Below are positions 1-7,858 of a stretch of 12,258 nucleotides of DNA, in pieces. The DNA comes from Abditibacteriaceae bacterium (GTDB lineage: Bacteria > Armatimonadota > Abditibacteriia > Abditibacteriales > Abditibacteriaceae), in the NCBI GenBank assembly GCA_031372065.1, contig JANMKN010000283.1:1-12258 (forward strand), in the 5' to 3' direction. The position numbers and the translations under genes are program-made. Numbering within the stretch: the stretch's first letter is position 1; every line of letters begins with the position of its first letter. The notes beneath the pieces were generated by a model. That model was given only the letters and a program-made list of their open reading frames with translations. It did no database searches and had not been told where the DNA came from.

Positions 1-19
1 TTTTTAGATTTTTAATTTC

Positions 20-889
20 ATGTCTCGTTTTTCTATTGCTGCTTTGCTGGGCGGCACTGCCGCTTTTGCTGCTGGCCTGATTTATTCGCTGATTGAACCG
101 CATCGCTTGCAAGTGCGGCGTTTTGATGTGGCGATGGAAAATTTGCCGCGCGAAGTTGATGGTTTACGTATCGCGCAACTGTCCGATTTACATTTTTCGG
201 CGATTACAGGCGAAAGTGTCGTGCGCCGCACTGTTGAATTATGCAACGCCGAAAAGCCGGATGTCATTGTTCTCACGGGCGATTATATTTCGCGGCGTAA
301 TTCGTATTCGAGTTTCACGTTGGCGAGTCGTTGGGCGCGCGATGAAATGCACTACGCACAAGAAATGGCACGCGTTGTGGCCGATTTACGCGCTCCTGAA
401 GGCATTTTCGCCGTGCCGGGCAACCATGACCATTGGAACGGCAACTGCGCCGCCATTATGAATCTGCTGCGCGCGGGCGGTGTGCAGGTTCTCATCAATC
501 AAAACACGCGTTTGCGCGGCGTTTTACCACTCATCGGTTTGGACGATTTGCGCGCCGGACGCCCAAATATCGAAGCGGCGTGCGAGGGCATTTCACCCGA
601 TGCCGCGCAGATTTTTCTGTCGCATAATCCGCGCGTTTTCTTGCCTTTGGCCGAGCGCAATTGCTTTCTGATTTGCGGCCACACGCACGGCGGCCAAGTG
701 CATTTGCCCTTGACGGGTCTTCGTCGCCGCCCGCGCGATATGCGCTTTTCGCCGTGGCATCAAGGCTGGTATCGTTGGAAAAACGCGCAAATGTTCATCA
801 GCGTCGGCGTCGGCAGCGTGCATTTCCCGATGCGCTACCATTGCCCGCCGGAAATTGTGGTTTACACGTTGAAACGCGCTGAAAAATAA
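20..889 (+). CDS. Metallophosphoesterase, calcineurin-like, YkuE/YaeI type, with N-terminal membrane anchor
   Basis: Canonical motifs in order: LSDLH, LTGDY, VPGNHD, LSHNP, CGHTHGGQ, then C-terminal S-x-G-x-G ... RYHCPPEI. Hydrophobic N-terminus FSIAALLGGTAAFAAGLIYSLI. Confidence 0.93.
   Translation: MSRFSIAALLGGTAAFAAGLIYSLIEPHRLQVRRFDVAMENLPREVDGLRIAQLSDLHFSAITGESVVRRTVELCNAEKPDVIVLTGDYISRRNSYSSFTLASRWARDEMHYAQEMARVVADLRAPEGIFAVPGNHDHWNGNCAAIMNLLRAGGVQVLINQNTRLRGVLPLIGLDDLRAGRPNIEAACEGISPDAAQIFLSHNPRVFLPLAERNCFLICGHTHGGQVHLPLTGLRRRPRDMRFSPWHQGWYRWKNAQMFISVGVGSVHFPMRYHCPPEIVVYTLKRAEK
794..845 (+). repeat. Left copy of 52-bp perfect direct repeat (inside 3' part of phosphoesterase gene)
   Basis: ttcatcagcgtcggcgtcggcagcgtgcatttcccgatgcgctaccattgcc is identical to 3580-3631. 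Extends to 57 bp (789-845 vs 3575-3631) with one mismatch. Confidence 0.97.
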
Positions 890-929
890 AAACACCTGCG
901 TCGAATGATTATTCGGCGCAGGTGTTTTT
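888..929. terminator. Bidirectional Rho-independent terminator between convergent genes
   Basis: aaaaacacctgcgtcgaat-gatt-attcggcgcaggtgttttt: 19-bp inverted repeat with one G-U, A5/T5 tails, between the + strand stop at 889 and the - strand stop at 961. Confidence 0.9.
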
Positions 930-960
930 GCGAGACAACTGGATATTTAGCGCTATATTC

Positions 961-1839
961 CTAACGCCAAACCACTACAGGAGGCTTAAAGCCCTCTTTT
1001 TGCTGACGCGCTTTTTCTTGTTCAACGATTCCAATTAGATGTTCTGCTTGCGCCCGCTCTTTTTGTTGGTTAGCAGGCGCCAATTCCAAAAAACGCTGAT
1101 AGCCTGCAATCGCTTTGTCCGCCGCTGACAGATCACCAAACAAAAAAAGTCTTCTCTGGAAGACATAACCAAGGATGGAGTGGGCACTGGCGCGTTTTGG
1201 CTGTTCACGCACCATCTCTTGTGCCAATTCCAAAGCCTGTTGCCGCTGTGCAGCCGAGCGTGAGCCAGATAAATGCTGCACCACGAGGAACTTGACGTGG
1301 TAATCTTTGGGGTCACGTCGCAGCAGGCGCAGACCTACATCGCGCAGTTCTGCATGATTGTAGCGCAAGGTCATCAACAGAAAGCGCAAACGCGCAAATT
1401 GGTATGAACGGGGCGCGGGCGCTTTGTCCATCGCTTGCACAATCGGCGTGTAGGTGCGAAATGCTATATCCCCAAGATCAATACCGGCATAGGGCGCTTT
1501 GAGCAGTGTGTATCCCCAGCGGAACAAAGCGTGGAGATCGTTAGGGGATTCTTGAGATGTCTTGCGATGCTTTTCCAGCAAAGCAGGTGTGAGTTTTTTT
1601 TCCGCTAAAGCCTTGTCTACTTCATGGCGAATTTGCAGGTAAGGCGTATCGCTGGCTGTCCATTTTTCCGTTGCCCATTTCCAAGACCAGTTATCGGGTT
1701 TGACTTGCTGTGACACAGCTTTTTTCGCCCCTTGAGAGGCTTTGTTTTGTGTCCACGCCCCAACCTGACAGCTTACTACCAGAGGCAGAAGTAGCCACTT
1801 GGTTTTGAGGTCGCAGAGGCTTATGATCTGTTTTTGCAT
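961..1839 (-). CDS. Exported TPR-like alpha-helical repeat protein, possible lipoprotein (292 aa)
   Basis: SD AAGGAG (1850-1845) lies 5 nt before ATG 1839, a better start than the track's 1854. N-terminal KTKWLLLPLVVSC is a lipobox-like VVS-C. TPR-like segments include QALELAQEMVREQPKRASAHSILGYVF and DKAIAGYQRFLELAP. Confidence 0.8.
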   Translation of the reverse strand: MQKQIISLCDLKTKWLLLPLVVSCQVGAWTQNKASQGAKKAVSQQVKPDNWSWKWATEKWTASDTPYLQIRHEVDKALAEKKLTPALLEKHRKTSQESPNDLHALFRWGYTLLKAPYAGIDLGDIAFRTYTPIVQAMDKAPAPRSYQFARLRFLLMTLRYNHAELRDVGLRLLRRDPKDYHVKFLVVQHLSGSRSAAQRQQALELAQEMVREQPKRASAHSILGYVFQRRLFLFGDLSAADKAIAGYQRFLELAPANQQKERAQAEHLIGIVEQEKARQQKEGFKPPVVVWR

Positions 1840-1850
1840 GACGACTCCTT

Positions 1851-3468
1851 TCAAGGCTGAGGTGCGGCGGGAGGATTACTTGTTATGTAACTTCCGGCAG
1901 GATACCAATGGCGGCCTGGAGACGGAATGCGCTTCACTTTTTGCTTCTCGCCGACATAACCATGTTCGTCATACGCATCAAAAGTGTAAGGATGGTCGTC
2001 GTAATGAATGGCAATACGGGGCTTATCCATCATGCATTCACCGTGCGTTAGACCTATTGGGACTAAAGATTGCCCCCAGTTAGCCGTGAGATAAGCGGAT
2101 TCATTCCAAGTATCAACGTCATTCATGATGACAAGTGGGCCTTCTTCCCATTCTTCAGCAACTGCATCTAAGGCCATCCCCAACCCTGCTAACAAAACAG
2201 CACCCTCACCTACTCCGGGGATGGTAGACGCCAAGGCAAGACCTGTAGCTGCTCCTTCTACCAAGTCCCCGATTTCCTGTCGCCGTGAAAAATTAAACGT
2301 CGCAATTTGTCCAGTGCCAGGACCAGCGGGTGGGCTTGTGCATTCAGTTGGGGAAAAGATGACGCGATAAGCATCGGACCTTATAGGAAGAGCAACGAAA
2401 TTTTCGTGAGGAAGATGCCAATTGATCGAGAACGTATTCGCGGCTGTAGCCCCATCGCTATCGGTAACATTGACGGAAACAACCGTAGTCCTGCCATTTG
2501 GAAAAGGATCGAGAGAGTCGCCAAAGTGTATGCCTAAGGCGAATGTGGAACCGGTGTAAAAGTTGACAGGAATGCCATCTTGATGCCCTGACCCCGACCA
2601 ATCCCATGAGTATTGAGGGGCTATAAAATTAGGACTCTTGGCTTCAAAGTCTGTCCCTATCCGCCAGCGTTGATTGATCACATCATATCCTACAGCCGAA
2701 TCGGTATTGATTGAACCATCGCGATTACGCATATGCGCGGTTCGGCGCAGGCTGTCTTTCCAAAACGATTCTTCAATGGTTGGATTTTCTATCCATACAC
2801 TCCGATTCTTATTATCCTTTGACGCGCTGTAAGTGTGGTAAGCCCCAGCACCGGCGCTACCTGTATTGTAACCAGTCGTTCCGGTCAGCGTGACTGCCCC
2901 TTCCATTGTAATGAAAGGCGTTTTCAATTCGGTTTGGCCGTTGGTTTTTATCTGCACCAAATGCACGCCTCGGCTGACGTATCTCTGGGAGGTTCCATAG
3001 CCCTGATTCACCGGCGCATCACCAAAGCCGTTGTTGACCACCAATCCATTCAGCGTAGCCGTAGTGCCATAACCTACATAGGTGGGCACATCAGTCGTGG
3101 GACTCACTTTGACGTAAAGCGTGTCGTTTTGTGGGGGGGGTATCATTCGGCCCATCTGGTGACCAGACAAACACGCTGCGCACTTTACCTTTGCTGCGCA
3201 CACTGACGCTGTAATTGCTTTGAGAAGGAATGCTGGATTTGCTGGTGCTGCCTGAATTGGGCGCATTTCCTGTCCACGGCCTTGTCGTGGGTGTGCTTTC
3301 GCTTTCATACACCTGACCATCTTCGGTTTCTACGTGGTCTAGAACGTATTCTCCGGCCTGAGCCGGTGGGGCAAACATTGCACCCGAAAGCAGAACAAGG
3401 CCGCTGAGTGCGACCTGTGAGCTACGTCCGAAACGCAGCGCGCGAAACTGTTTGTGTGACTGTTTCAT
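1851..3468 (-). CDS. Large secreted protein (538 aa if frame restored), interrupted by a 1-nt frameshift in a C8 tract; joins track ORFs 3091..3477 and 1851..3320
   Basis: SD AGGAG (3482-3478) lies 9 nt before ATG 3468. Sec signal MKQSHKQFRALRFGRSSQVALSGLVLLSGAMFAPPAQA|. Removing one C from C8 (3133-3140) reads ...WSPDGPNDTPP-QNDTLYVKV... through to TGA at 1853-1851. Contains a PKD/Ig-like stretch (YSWDW...VSVNVTDSDGATAANTFSI) and a Gly-rich hydrophobic hairpin. Confidence 0.75.
3133..3140 (-). repeat. G8/C8 homopolymer at the frameshift point
   Basis: gt-gggggggg-tatc on the + strand, located exactly where plausible coding sequence switches frame. Confidence 0.9.
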
Positions 3469-3579
3469 TGGCACCATCTCCTAAATAAAAATATACGACG
3501 GGTAAAAGAATTGTATCGAGAAATAACGAAAGTTATTGCCAGACAGCAAGCGCATAAGAGCAATGATTGTGCCTAAATA

Positions 3580-3631
3580 TTCATCAGCGTCGGCGTCGGC
3601 AGCGTGCATTTCCCGATGCGCTACCATTGCC
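3580..3631 (+). repeat. Right copy of 52-bp direct repeat (orphan fragment of phosphoesterase gene)
   Basis: Identical to 794-845 and encodes FISVGVGSVHFPMRYHC, but is not followed by the PPEIVVYTL codons. Confidence 0.97.
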
Positions 3632-3749
3632 AAGCGCAGCAAAGAGATTTCTCGATAGATAAAAGGCAACTCAAATGGCTCTTGCGGCCTTTTCGTTTTG
3701 GAGTCGCGCTATCACAATTCAGCGAATAGCAGCGTTCGCCGAGACGCCC

Positions 3750-3778
3750 TATAATTCCCTGCACGCGATTGTTACAAT
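3750..3778 (+). promoter_or_regulatory. Candidate metK promoter elements: TATAAT -10 and a downstream palindrome / extended -10
   Basis: Perfect TATAAT at 3750-3755 with no good -35. ATTGT-T-ACAAT palindrome at 3768-3778 also reads as an extended -10, TGtTACAAT. Confidence 0.45.
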
Positions 3779-3897
3779 AAAGTAAGCCCCTTTGAAGCCC
3801 GATAAAGAGAAAACGGCACGCGAGGGGCGGCACGCAGCGCGACACGTTGAAACACACGACAACGCAGCGCCCGCGCCGAACATCACGAGGAGAAAAT

Positions 3898-5088
3898 ATG
3901 TCCGCGAAGAATTATCACTTCACGTCGGAAAGCGTCACTGAAGGCCATCCCGACAAAATGGCCGATCAGATTTCCGATGCCGTTCTCGATGCCATCATCG
4001 GTTCTGACCCTGCTGCACGCGTGGCGTGCGAAACGTTTCTAACCACAGGTTTGGTTTTGGTCGGCGGCGAAATTACCACCAAAACCTACGTCGAAATCCC
4101 GCAAATTGTGCGCAAAGTCGTCAAAGACATCGGCTACACGCGCGCTAAATTTGGTTTTGACTACCTGACCGCCGGTGTTATGACCGCCATCGGTCAGCAG
4201 TCGCCGGATATTGCGCAAGGCGTCAATGAAGCTATCGAAGTGCGCGAAGACGCGCAGGACGATGACCCTCTTGATAAAGTCGGCGCGGGCGATCAAGGCA
4301 TGATGTTCGGTTTTGCCGTGCGCGACACGCCCGAATTGATGCCGTTGCCAATTCAAATGGCGCACAAATTGTGCAAGCGCTTGGCAGAAGTGCGCAAAAA
4401 TGGCATGCTGCTTTACTTGCGTCCCGATGGCAAATCGCAAGTCACCGTGCGCTACGAAAACGACAAGCCGGTTGCCATTGATAAAGTTCTGATTTCAACG
4501 CAACACCGCCCCGATGTCGAGCAAAAGCAAATTCAAGCCGACCTTGTCGAACACGTTTTCAAGCCGACGCTCGGCGAATGGTGGAATGACAGTGTGGAAG
4601 TGTTCGTCAACCCGACGGGTCGCTTCGTGATTGGCGGGCCGCAAGGCGATGCCGGCCTCACCGGACGCAAAATCATCGTGGATACCTACGGCGGCATGGG
4701 CCGTCACGGGGGCGGCGCGTTTTCGGGCAAAGATCCCACAAAAGTGGATCGCTCGGCCTGTTACATGATGCGCTATGTCGCCAAAAACGTCGTCGCGTCC
4801 GGCTTGGCCGAGCGCTGCGAAACGCAAGTGGCTTACGCCATCGGCAAAGCGCATCCGCTGTCGGTTTATGTGAATACCTTTGGCACGGGGCAGGTTTCCG
4901 ACGAGAAAATCGCCGCCGCCATCAAAGAAGTCTTCGATTTGCGCCCGCGTGCGATTATTCAAAACTTGGATTTGCTGCGCCCGATTTATCGCAAAACCGC
5001 CGCTTATGGTCACTTTGGCCGCGAAGATGCTGATTTCACTTGGGAACGGACAGATAAAGTCGAAGCCCTGAAAAAAGCCGTAAGCTGA
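3898..5088 (+). CDS. metK: S-adenosylmethionine synthetase
   Basis: [77 protein letters not shown] at 3888-3892 supports ATG 3898 rather than 3847. Confidence 0.99.
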   Translation: MSAKNYHFTSESVTEGHPDKMADQISDAVLDAIIGSDPAARVACETFLTTGLVLVGGEITTKTYVEIPQIVRKVVKDIGYTRAKFGFDYLTAGVMTAIGQQSPDIAQGVNEAIEVREDAQDDDPLDKVGAGDQGMMFGFAVRDTPELMPLPIQMAHKLCKRLAEVRKNGMLLYLRPDGKSQVTVRYENDKPVAIDKVLISTQHRPDVEQKQIQADLVEHVFKPTLGEWWNDSVEVFVNPTGRFVIGGPQGDAGLTGRKIIVDTYGGMGRHGGGAFSGKDPTKVDRSACYMMRYVAKNVVASGLAERCETQVAYAIGKAHPLSVYVNTFGTGQVSDEKIAAAIKEVFDLRPRAIIQNLDLLRPIYRKTAAYGHFGREDADFTWERTDKVEALKKAVS

Positions 5089-5200
5089 CAAACTCAATAG
5101 AACACGGAGCTTTGCTACACGGACTTCGTTCACAGATTTTCACGGATTAAAACCGTTTTTATCTGTGTCGTTTCCGCGTAGCGAAGCTCCGTGTTCTATT
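5088..5200. repeat. Palindromic REP/MITE-like element, copy 1
   Basis: 28-bp arms 5096-5123 and 5173-5200 match 26/28 as an inverted repeat. Inner cacagat/atctgtg pair. Shares blocks with 8658-8802. Confidence 0.88.
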
Positions 5201-5244
5201 TTGTGTAGGGGCTTTTTGTCTGTAGTTGTCTGTAAAAGGAAGTC

Positions 5245-6348
5245 ATGTTAGAACACGCCGTTGAAACTCTGGAAATTCTGCGCCACGGCCTAAAAGCCAA
5301 AAGCGCGGGTTTAAATTTAGACGAAGAACGAAGCAAACTTGCCGAACTCGAAGAACACTCGAACGCTTCCGATTTGTGGAATGACGCGGCGCGCGCGCAG
5401 GATTTAATGAAGCGCCTTTCGCAATCGCGCCAAAAAGTCGCGCCGTTTGATGATCTTGGTAAGCGCTCCGCTGACTTGCTGGAACTCATCGAAATGGCGC
5501 AGATGGAAGGCGATGAGGCTTTGGCAAGAGAAATTGAGCGCGATGTGGCGAAACTCGAAGCGGATTATCGCAATTTTGAGCGCACGCTGCTTTTTTCTGG
5601 CGAATATGATGGAAATAACGCCATTATTTCGGTCAACGCGGGCGCGGGCGGCACTGAAGCGCAAGACTGGGCGCAGATGCTGGTGCGCGCTTATTTGCGC
5701 TGGGCGCAACGCCGCGATTTCAAAGTCGAGATTCTCGAAGAATCGCCCGGCGAAGAAGCCGGACTTAAAGGCTTTCAAGCGATTTTCAGCGGCGAAAACG
5801 CTTACGGCATGGTCAAAGCCGAAGCGGGCGTGCATCGCTTGGTGCGCATTTCACCGTTCAACTCAGCGGGCAAACGTATGACCAGTTTTTGCAGCGTGGA
5901 CGTGGTGCCCGAAATTAGCGACGACATCAAAATTGACATCAACCCCAAAGATTTGCGCATTGATTACTTTCTTTCGGGCGGCGCGGGTGGCCAAAACGTG
6001 CAGAAAAACGAAACCGCCGTGCGCATTACGCATATTCCCAGCGGCCTTGTCGCGCAGTGCCAGAACGAGCGCAGCCAGGGCCGTAACCGCGACGTGGCGA
6101 TGCGCGTTCTCGAATCGCGCCTTTTTGAAATCGAATGGCGCAAACAGCAGGAAGAAATTGATCGCGTGCGCGGCGTCGTCGGCAAAAACGAGTGGGGTAG
6201 TCAAATTCGGTCTTACGTTTTTCAGCCTTATCAAATGGTGAAAGACCATCGCACTGACCACGAAACCAGCAACGTCGCCGAAGTGATGGACGGCGATTTC
6301 GATGGCTTTATCTTCGCCTATTTAGAAAAAACCGTTGGTCAAAATTAA
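5245..6348 (+). CDS. prfB: Peptide chain release factor 2, single uninterrupted frame
   Basis: GAGGTEAQDWA, EAGVHRLVRISPF (RF2-specific SPF), GGQ motif, WGSQIRSYVFQPYQMVKDHRT. SD AAGGA upstream. Confidence 0.98.
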   Translation: MLEHAVETLEILRHGLKAKSAGLNLDEERSKLAELEEHSNASDLWNDAARAQDLMKRLSQSRQKVAPFDDLGKRSADLLELIEMAQMEGDEALAREIERDVAKLEADYRNFERTLLFSGEYDGNNAIISVNAGAGGTEAQDWAQMLVRAYLRWAQRRDFKVEILEESPGEEAGLKGFQAIFSGENAYGMVKAEAGVHRLVRISPFNSAGKRMTSFCSVDVVPEISDDIKIDINPKDLRIDYFLSGGAGGQNVQKNETAVRITHIPSGLVAQCQNERSQGRNRDVAMRVLESRLFEIEWRKQQEEIDRVRGVVGKNEWGSQIRSYVFQPYQMVKDHRTDHETSNVAEVMDGDFDGFIFAYLEKTVGQN

Positions 6349-6414
6349 ACGAAGTCCCACAAGATTGAGATGCCATCTCAGGCAGCGGAACAGTTAGAAT
6401 TGAATCGTTGAATC

Positions 6415-7761
6415 ATGCTTTCTAATCTTTCACAAAAATTATCAAACACCTTTGCCAAATTGCGCGGCAAGGGGCGCATTTCCGAAGCGGATGTTGATGC
6501 TGCTTTGCGCGAAGTGCGTTTGGCGCTGCTTGAAGCCGATGTCAACTTTAAAATCGTCAAAGAATTCGTGGCGAATTTGCGCGAAAAAGCCATTGGCGCC
6601 AGCGTTTTGGATTCGCTCTCGCCCGATCAGCAAGTCATTGCCATCGTGCGCGATGAACTGACCGAATTACTTGGCGGCAAACAAGCGCGTTTGCAGTTTT
6701 CCTCGCGCCCACCGACAGTGATTCTCATGGCGGGTTTGCAGGGAACAGGAAAAACCACGACAACGGCCAAACTTGCGGCGCAATTGAAGCGCGAGGGCAA
6801 AAAACCGCTGCTGGTGGCGTGCGATATTTACCGTCCCGGCGCGATTTTGCAGTTGCAAACGGTAGGAAACCAAGTCGGCGTGCCGGTTTTTGAAATGGGA
6901 ACGGCGCCGCCGCCACAAATCGCCAAAGCGAGCCTGAAATATGCCAGCGAACACAATTGCGACGTGGTCATTGTGGACACCGCCGGACGCCTGCACGTTG
7001 ATGAAGCCATGATGAGCGAAGTGCGCCAGATTCACGACATAGTGTCGCCGCACGAAGTGCTTTTAACGTTAGACGCCATGACCGGGCAGGATGCGGTCAA
7101 CGCGGCCAAAGCGTTTAACGAAACGCTGCCGCTAACGGGCGTCGTGTTGACCAAACTGGACGGCGATGCGCGTGGCGGCGCTATTTTATCGGTGCGCGCC
7201 GTGACGGGTGTGCCGGTGAAATATGTGGGTTTGGGCGAAAAATTGGATGCCTTGGAGCCGTTTCACCCGGATCGCATGGCCGGGCGCATTTTGGGCATGG
7301 GTGATGTGCTGACGCTTATCGAAAAAGCCGAGCAGCAATTCGATGAAAAGCAAGCCGTTGCGATGGAAGCCAAAATGCGCGAGGGCAATTTAGATTTGGA
7401 AGATTTTCTGAATCAAATGAAAGAAATGCGCAAAATGGGGCCAATGGAAAACATTTTGGGAATGCTGCCCGGCATGAACAAATTGCCCGCTGGCGCCAAA
7501 CTGGGCGTGGACGAAAAGCAAATGAAGCGCGTCGAGGCGATTATTCTTTCGATGACACCCAAAGAGCGCCGTGACCCTGAGATGATTAACGGTTCGCGCA
7601 AGCGTCGCATCGCCTTGGGCAGCGGCACCAGCGTGCAGGAAGTCAACCGTTTATTGGGCCAATTCCGCGATATGCGCAAGATGCTGCGGCAGATGAACGC
7701 CATGGCAAGTGGTAAAATGAAAATGCCGCGCGGTTTCAATCCGCGAAATATGCTAAAATAG
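6415..7761 (+). CDS. ffh: Signal recognition particle protein Ffh
   Basis: ALLEADVN, GLQGTGKTTT, DTAGR, TKLDGDARGG, FHPDRMAGRILGMGD, Met-rich M domain with SRKRRIALGSG. Confidence 0.99.
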   Translation: MLSNLSQKLSNTFAKLRGKGRISEADVDAALREVRLALLEADVNFKIVKEFVANLREKAIGASVLDSLSPDQQVIAIVRDELTELLGGKQARLQFSSRPPTVILMAGLQGTGKTTTTAKLAAQLKREGKKPLLVACDIYRPGAILQLQTVGNQVGVPVFEMGTAPPPQIAKASLKYASEHNCDVVIVDTAGRLHVDEAMMSEVRQIHDIVSPHEVLLTLDAMTGQDAVNAAKAFNETLPLTGVVLTKLDGDARGGAILSVRAVTGVPVKYVGLGEKLDALEPFHPDRMAGRILGMGDVLTLIEKAEQQFDEKQAVAMEAKMREGNLDLEDFLNQMKEMRKMGPMENILGMLPGMNKLPAGAKLGVDEKQMKRVEAIILSMTPKERRDPEMINGSRKRRIALGSGTSVQEVNRLLGQFRDMRKMLRQMNAMASGKMKMPRGFNPRNMLK

Positions 7762-7766
7762 TTCCG

Positions 7767-7858
7767 CTGTCCTGAGTCATTGGTCATATATCCCTTTTTG
7801 TGGGTAAAGTGACGTTTGGCAACGGACAAAGGACAAAAGACAAAGGACAAAAGTCAAA
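7767..7858. repeat. Inverted heptamer array in the ffh-rpsP spacer
   Basis: Right arm ggacaaa ggacaaa agacaaa ggacaaa agtcaaa (7824-7858). Degenerate complementary left arm ctgtcct gagtcat tggtcat (7767-7787). Confidence 0.8.

Larger units (their letters stand above)
794..3631. mobile_element. Direct-repeat-bounded accessory islet (2786-bp repeat offset), no recombinase gene
   Basis: 52-bp direct repeats at both ends. Cargo is on the opposite strand to all neighbours and looks lower in GC than the flanking core genes (spot counts of single 60-nt lines only: 50% at 2401, 33% at 2761, versus 65% at 4621 in metK). Confidence 0.6.

Noticed and set aside
3141..3320. N-terminal 60 aa of track ORF 1851..3320 (MVRCMKAKAHPRQ...)
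   Set aside because: No SD and no signal peptide, with Cys-rich off-frame composition. The overlapping frame carries the SD and signal peptide, so this is the wrong frame upstream of the C8 shift.
794..3631. Repeat pair as a DGR template/variable repeat or CRISPR remnant
   Set aside because: The copies are identical over 52 bp with no adenine-specific variation, there are only two copies 2.8 kb apart, and no reverse transcriptase or cas gene is in the window.
3481..3669. 62-aa minus-strand ORF sharing the peptide AMVAHREMHAADADADE with ORF 593..895
   Set aside because: The shared peptide is only the antisense translation of the 52-bp direct repeat. Neither ORF has independent coding evidence.
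3661..3699. Possible terminator aaaaggc...gccttttcgtttt after the right repeat copy
   Set aside because: Only a 7-bp, mostly A-T stem around a long, poorly paired interior; too weak to call.
3847..3897. Extended metK N-terminus from TTG 3847
   Set aside because: MetK homology starts at [12 protein letters not shown] and a strong SD precedes ATG 3898.
6362..6412. Possible SRP RNA (ffs) or SRP-mimic upstream of ffh (tcaggcagcggaacag)
   Set aside because: Lacks the CAGG-stem-GNRA-stem-AGCA symmetric loop geometry, and the spacer is too short for 4.5S RNA. Only a small tgagat/atctca hairpin is present.
4039..7850. Long antisense ORFs opposite metK, prfB and ffh (for example 4495..5133, 5404..5835, 7413..7850)
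   Set aside because: Typical shadow frames of GC-biased, highly conserved genes, with no motifs or start signals.
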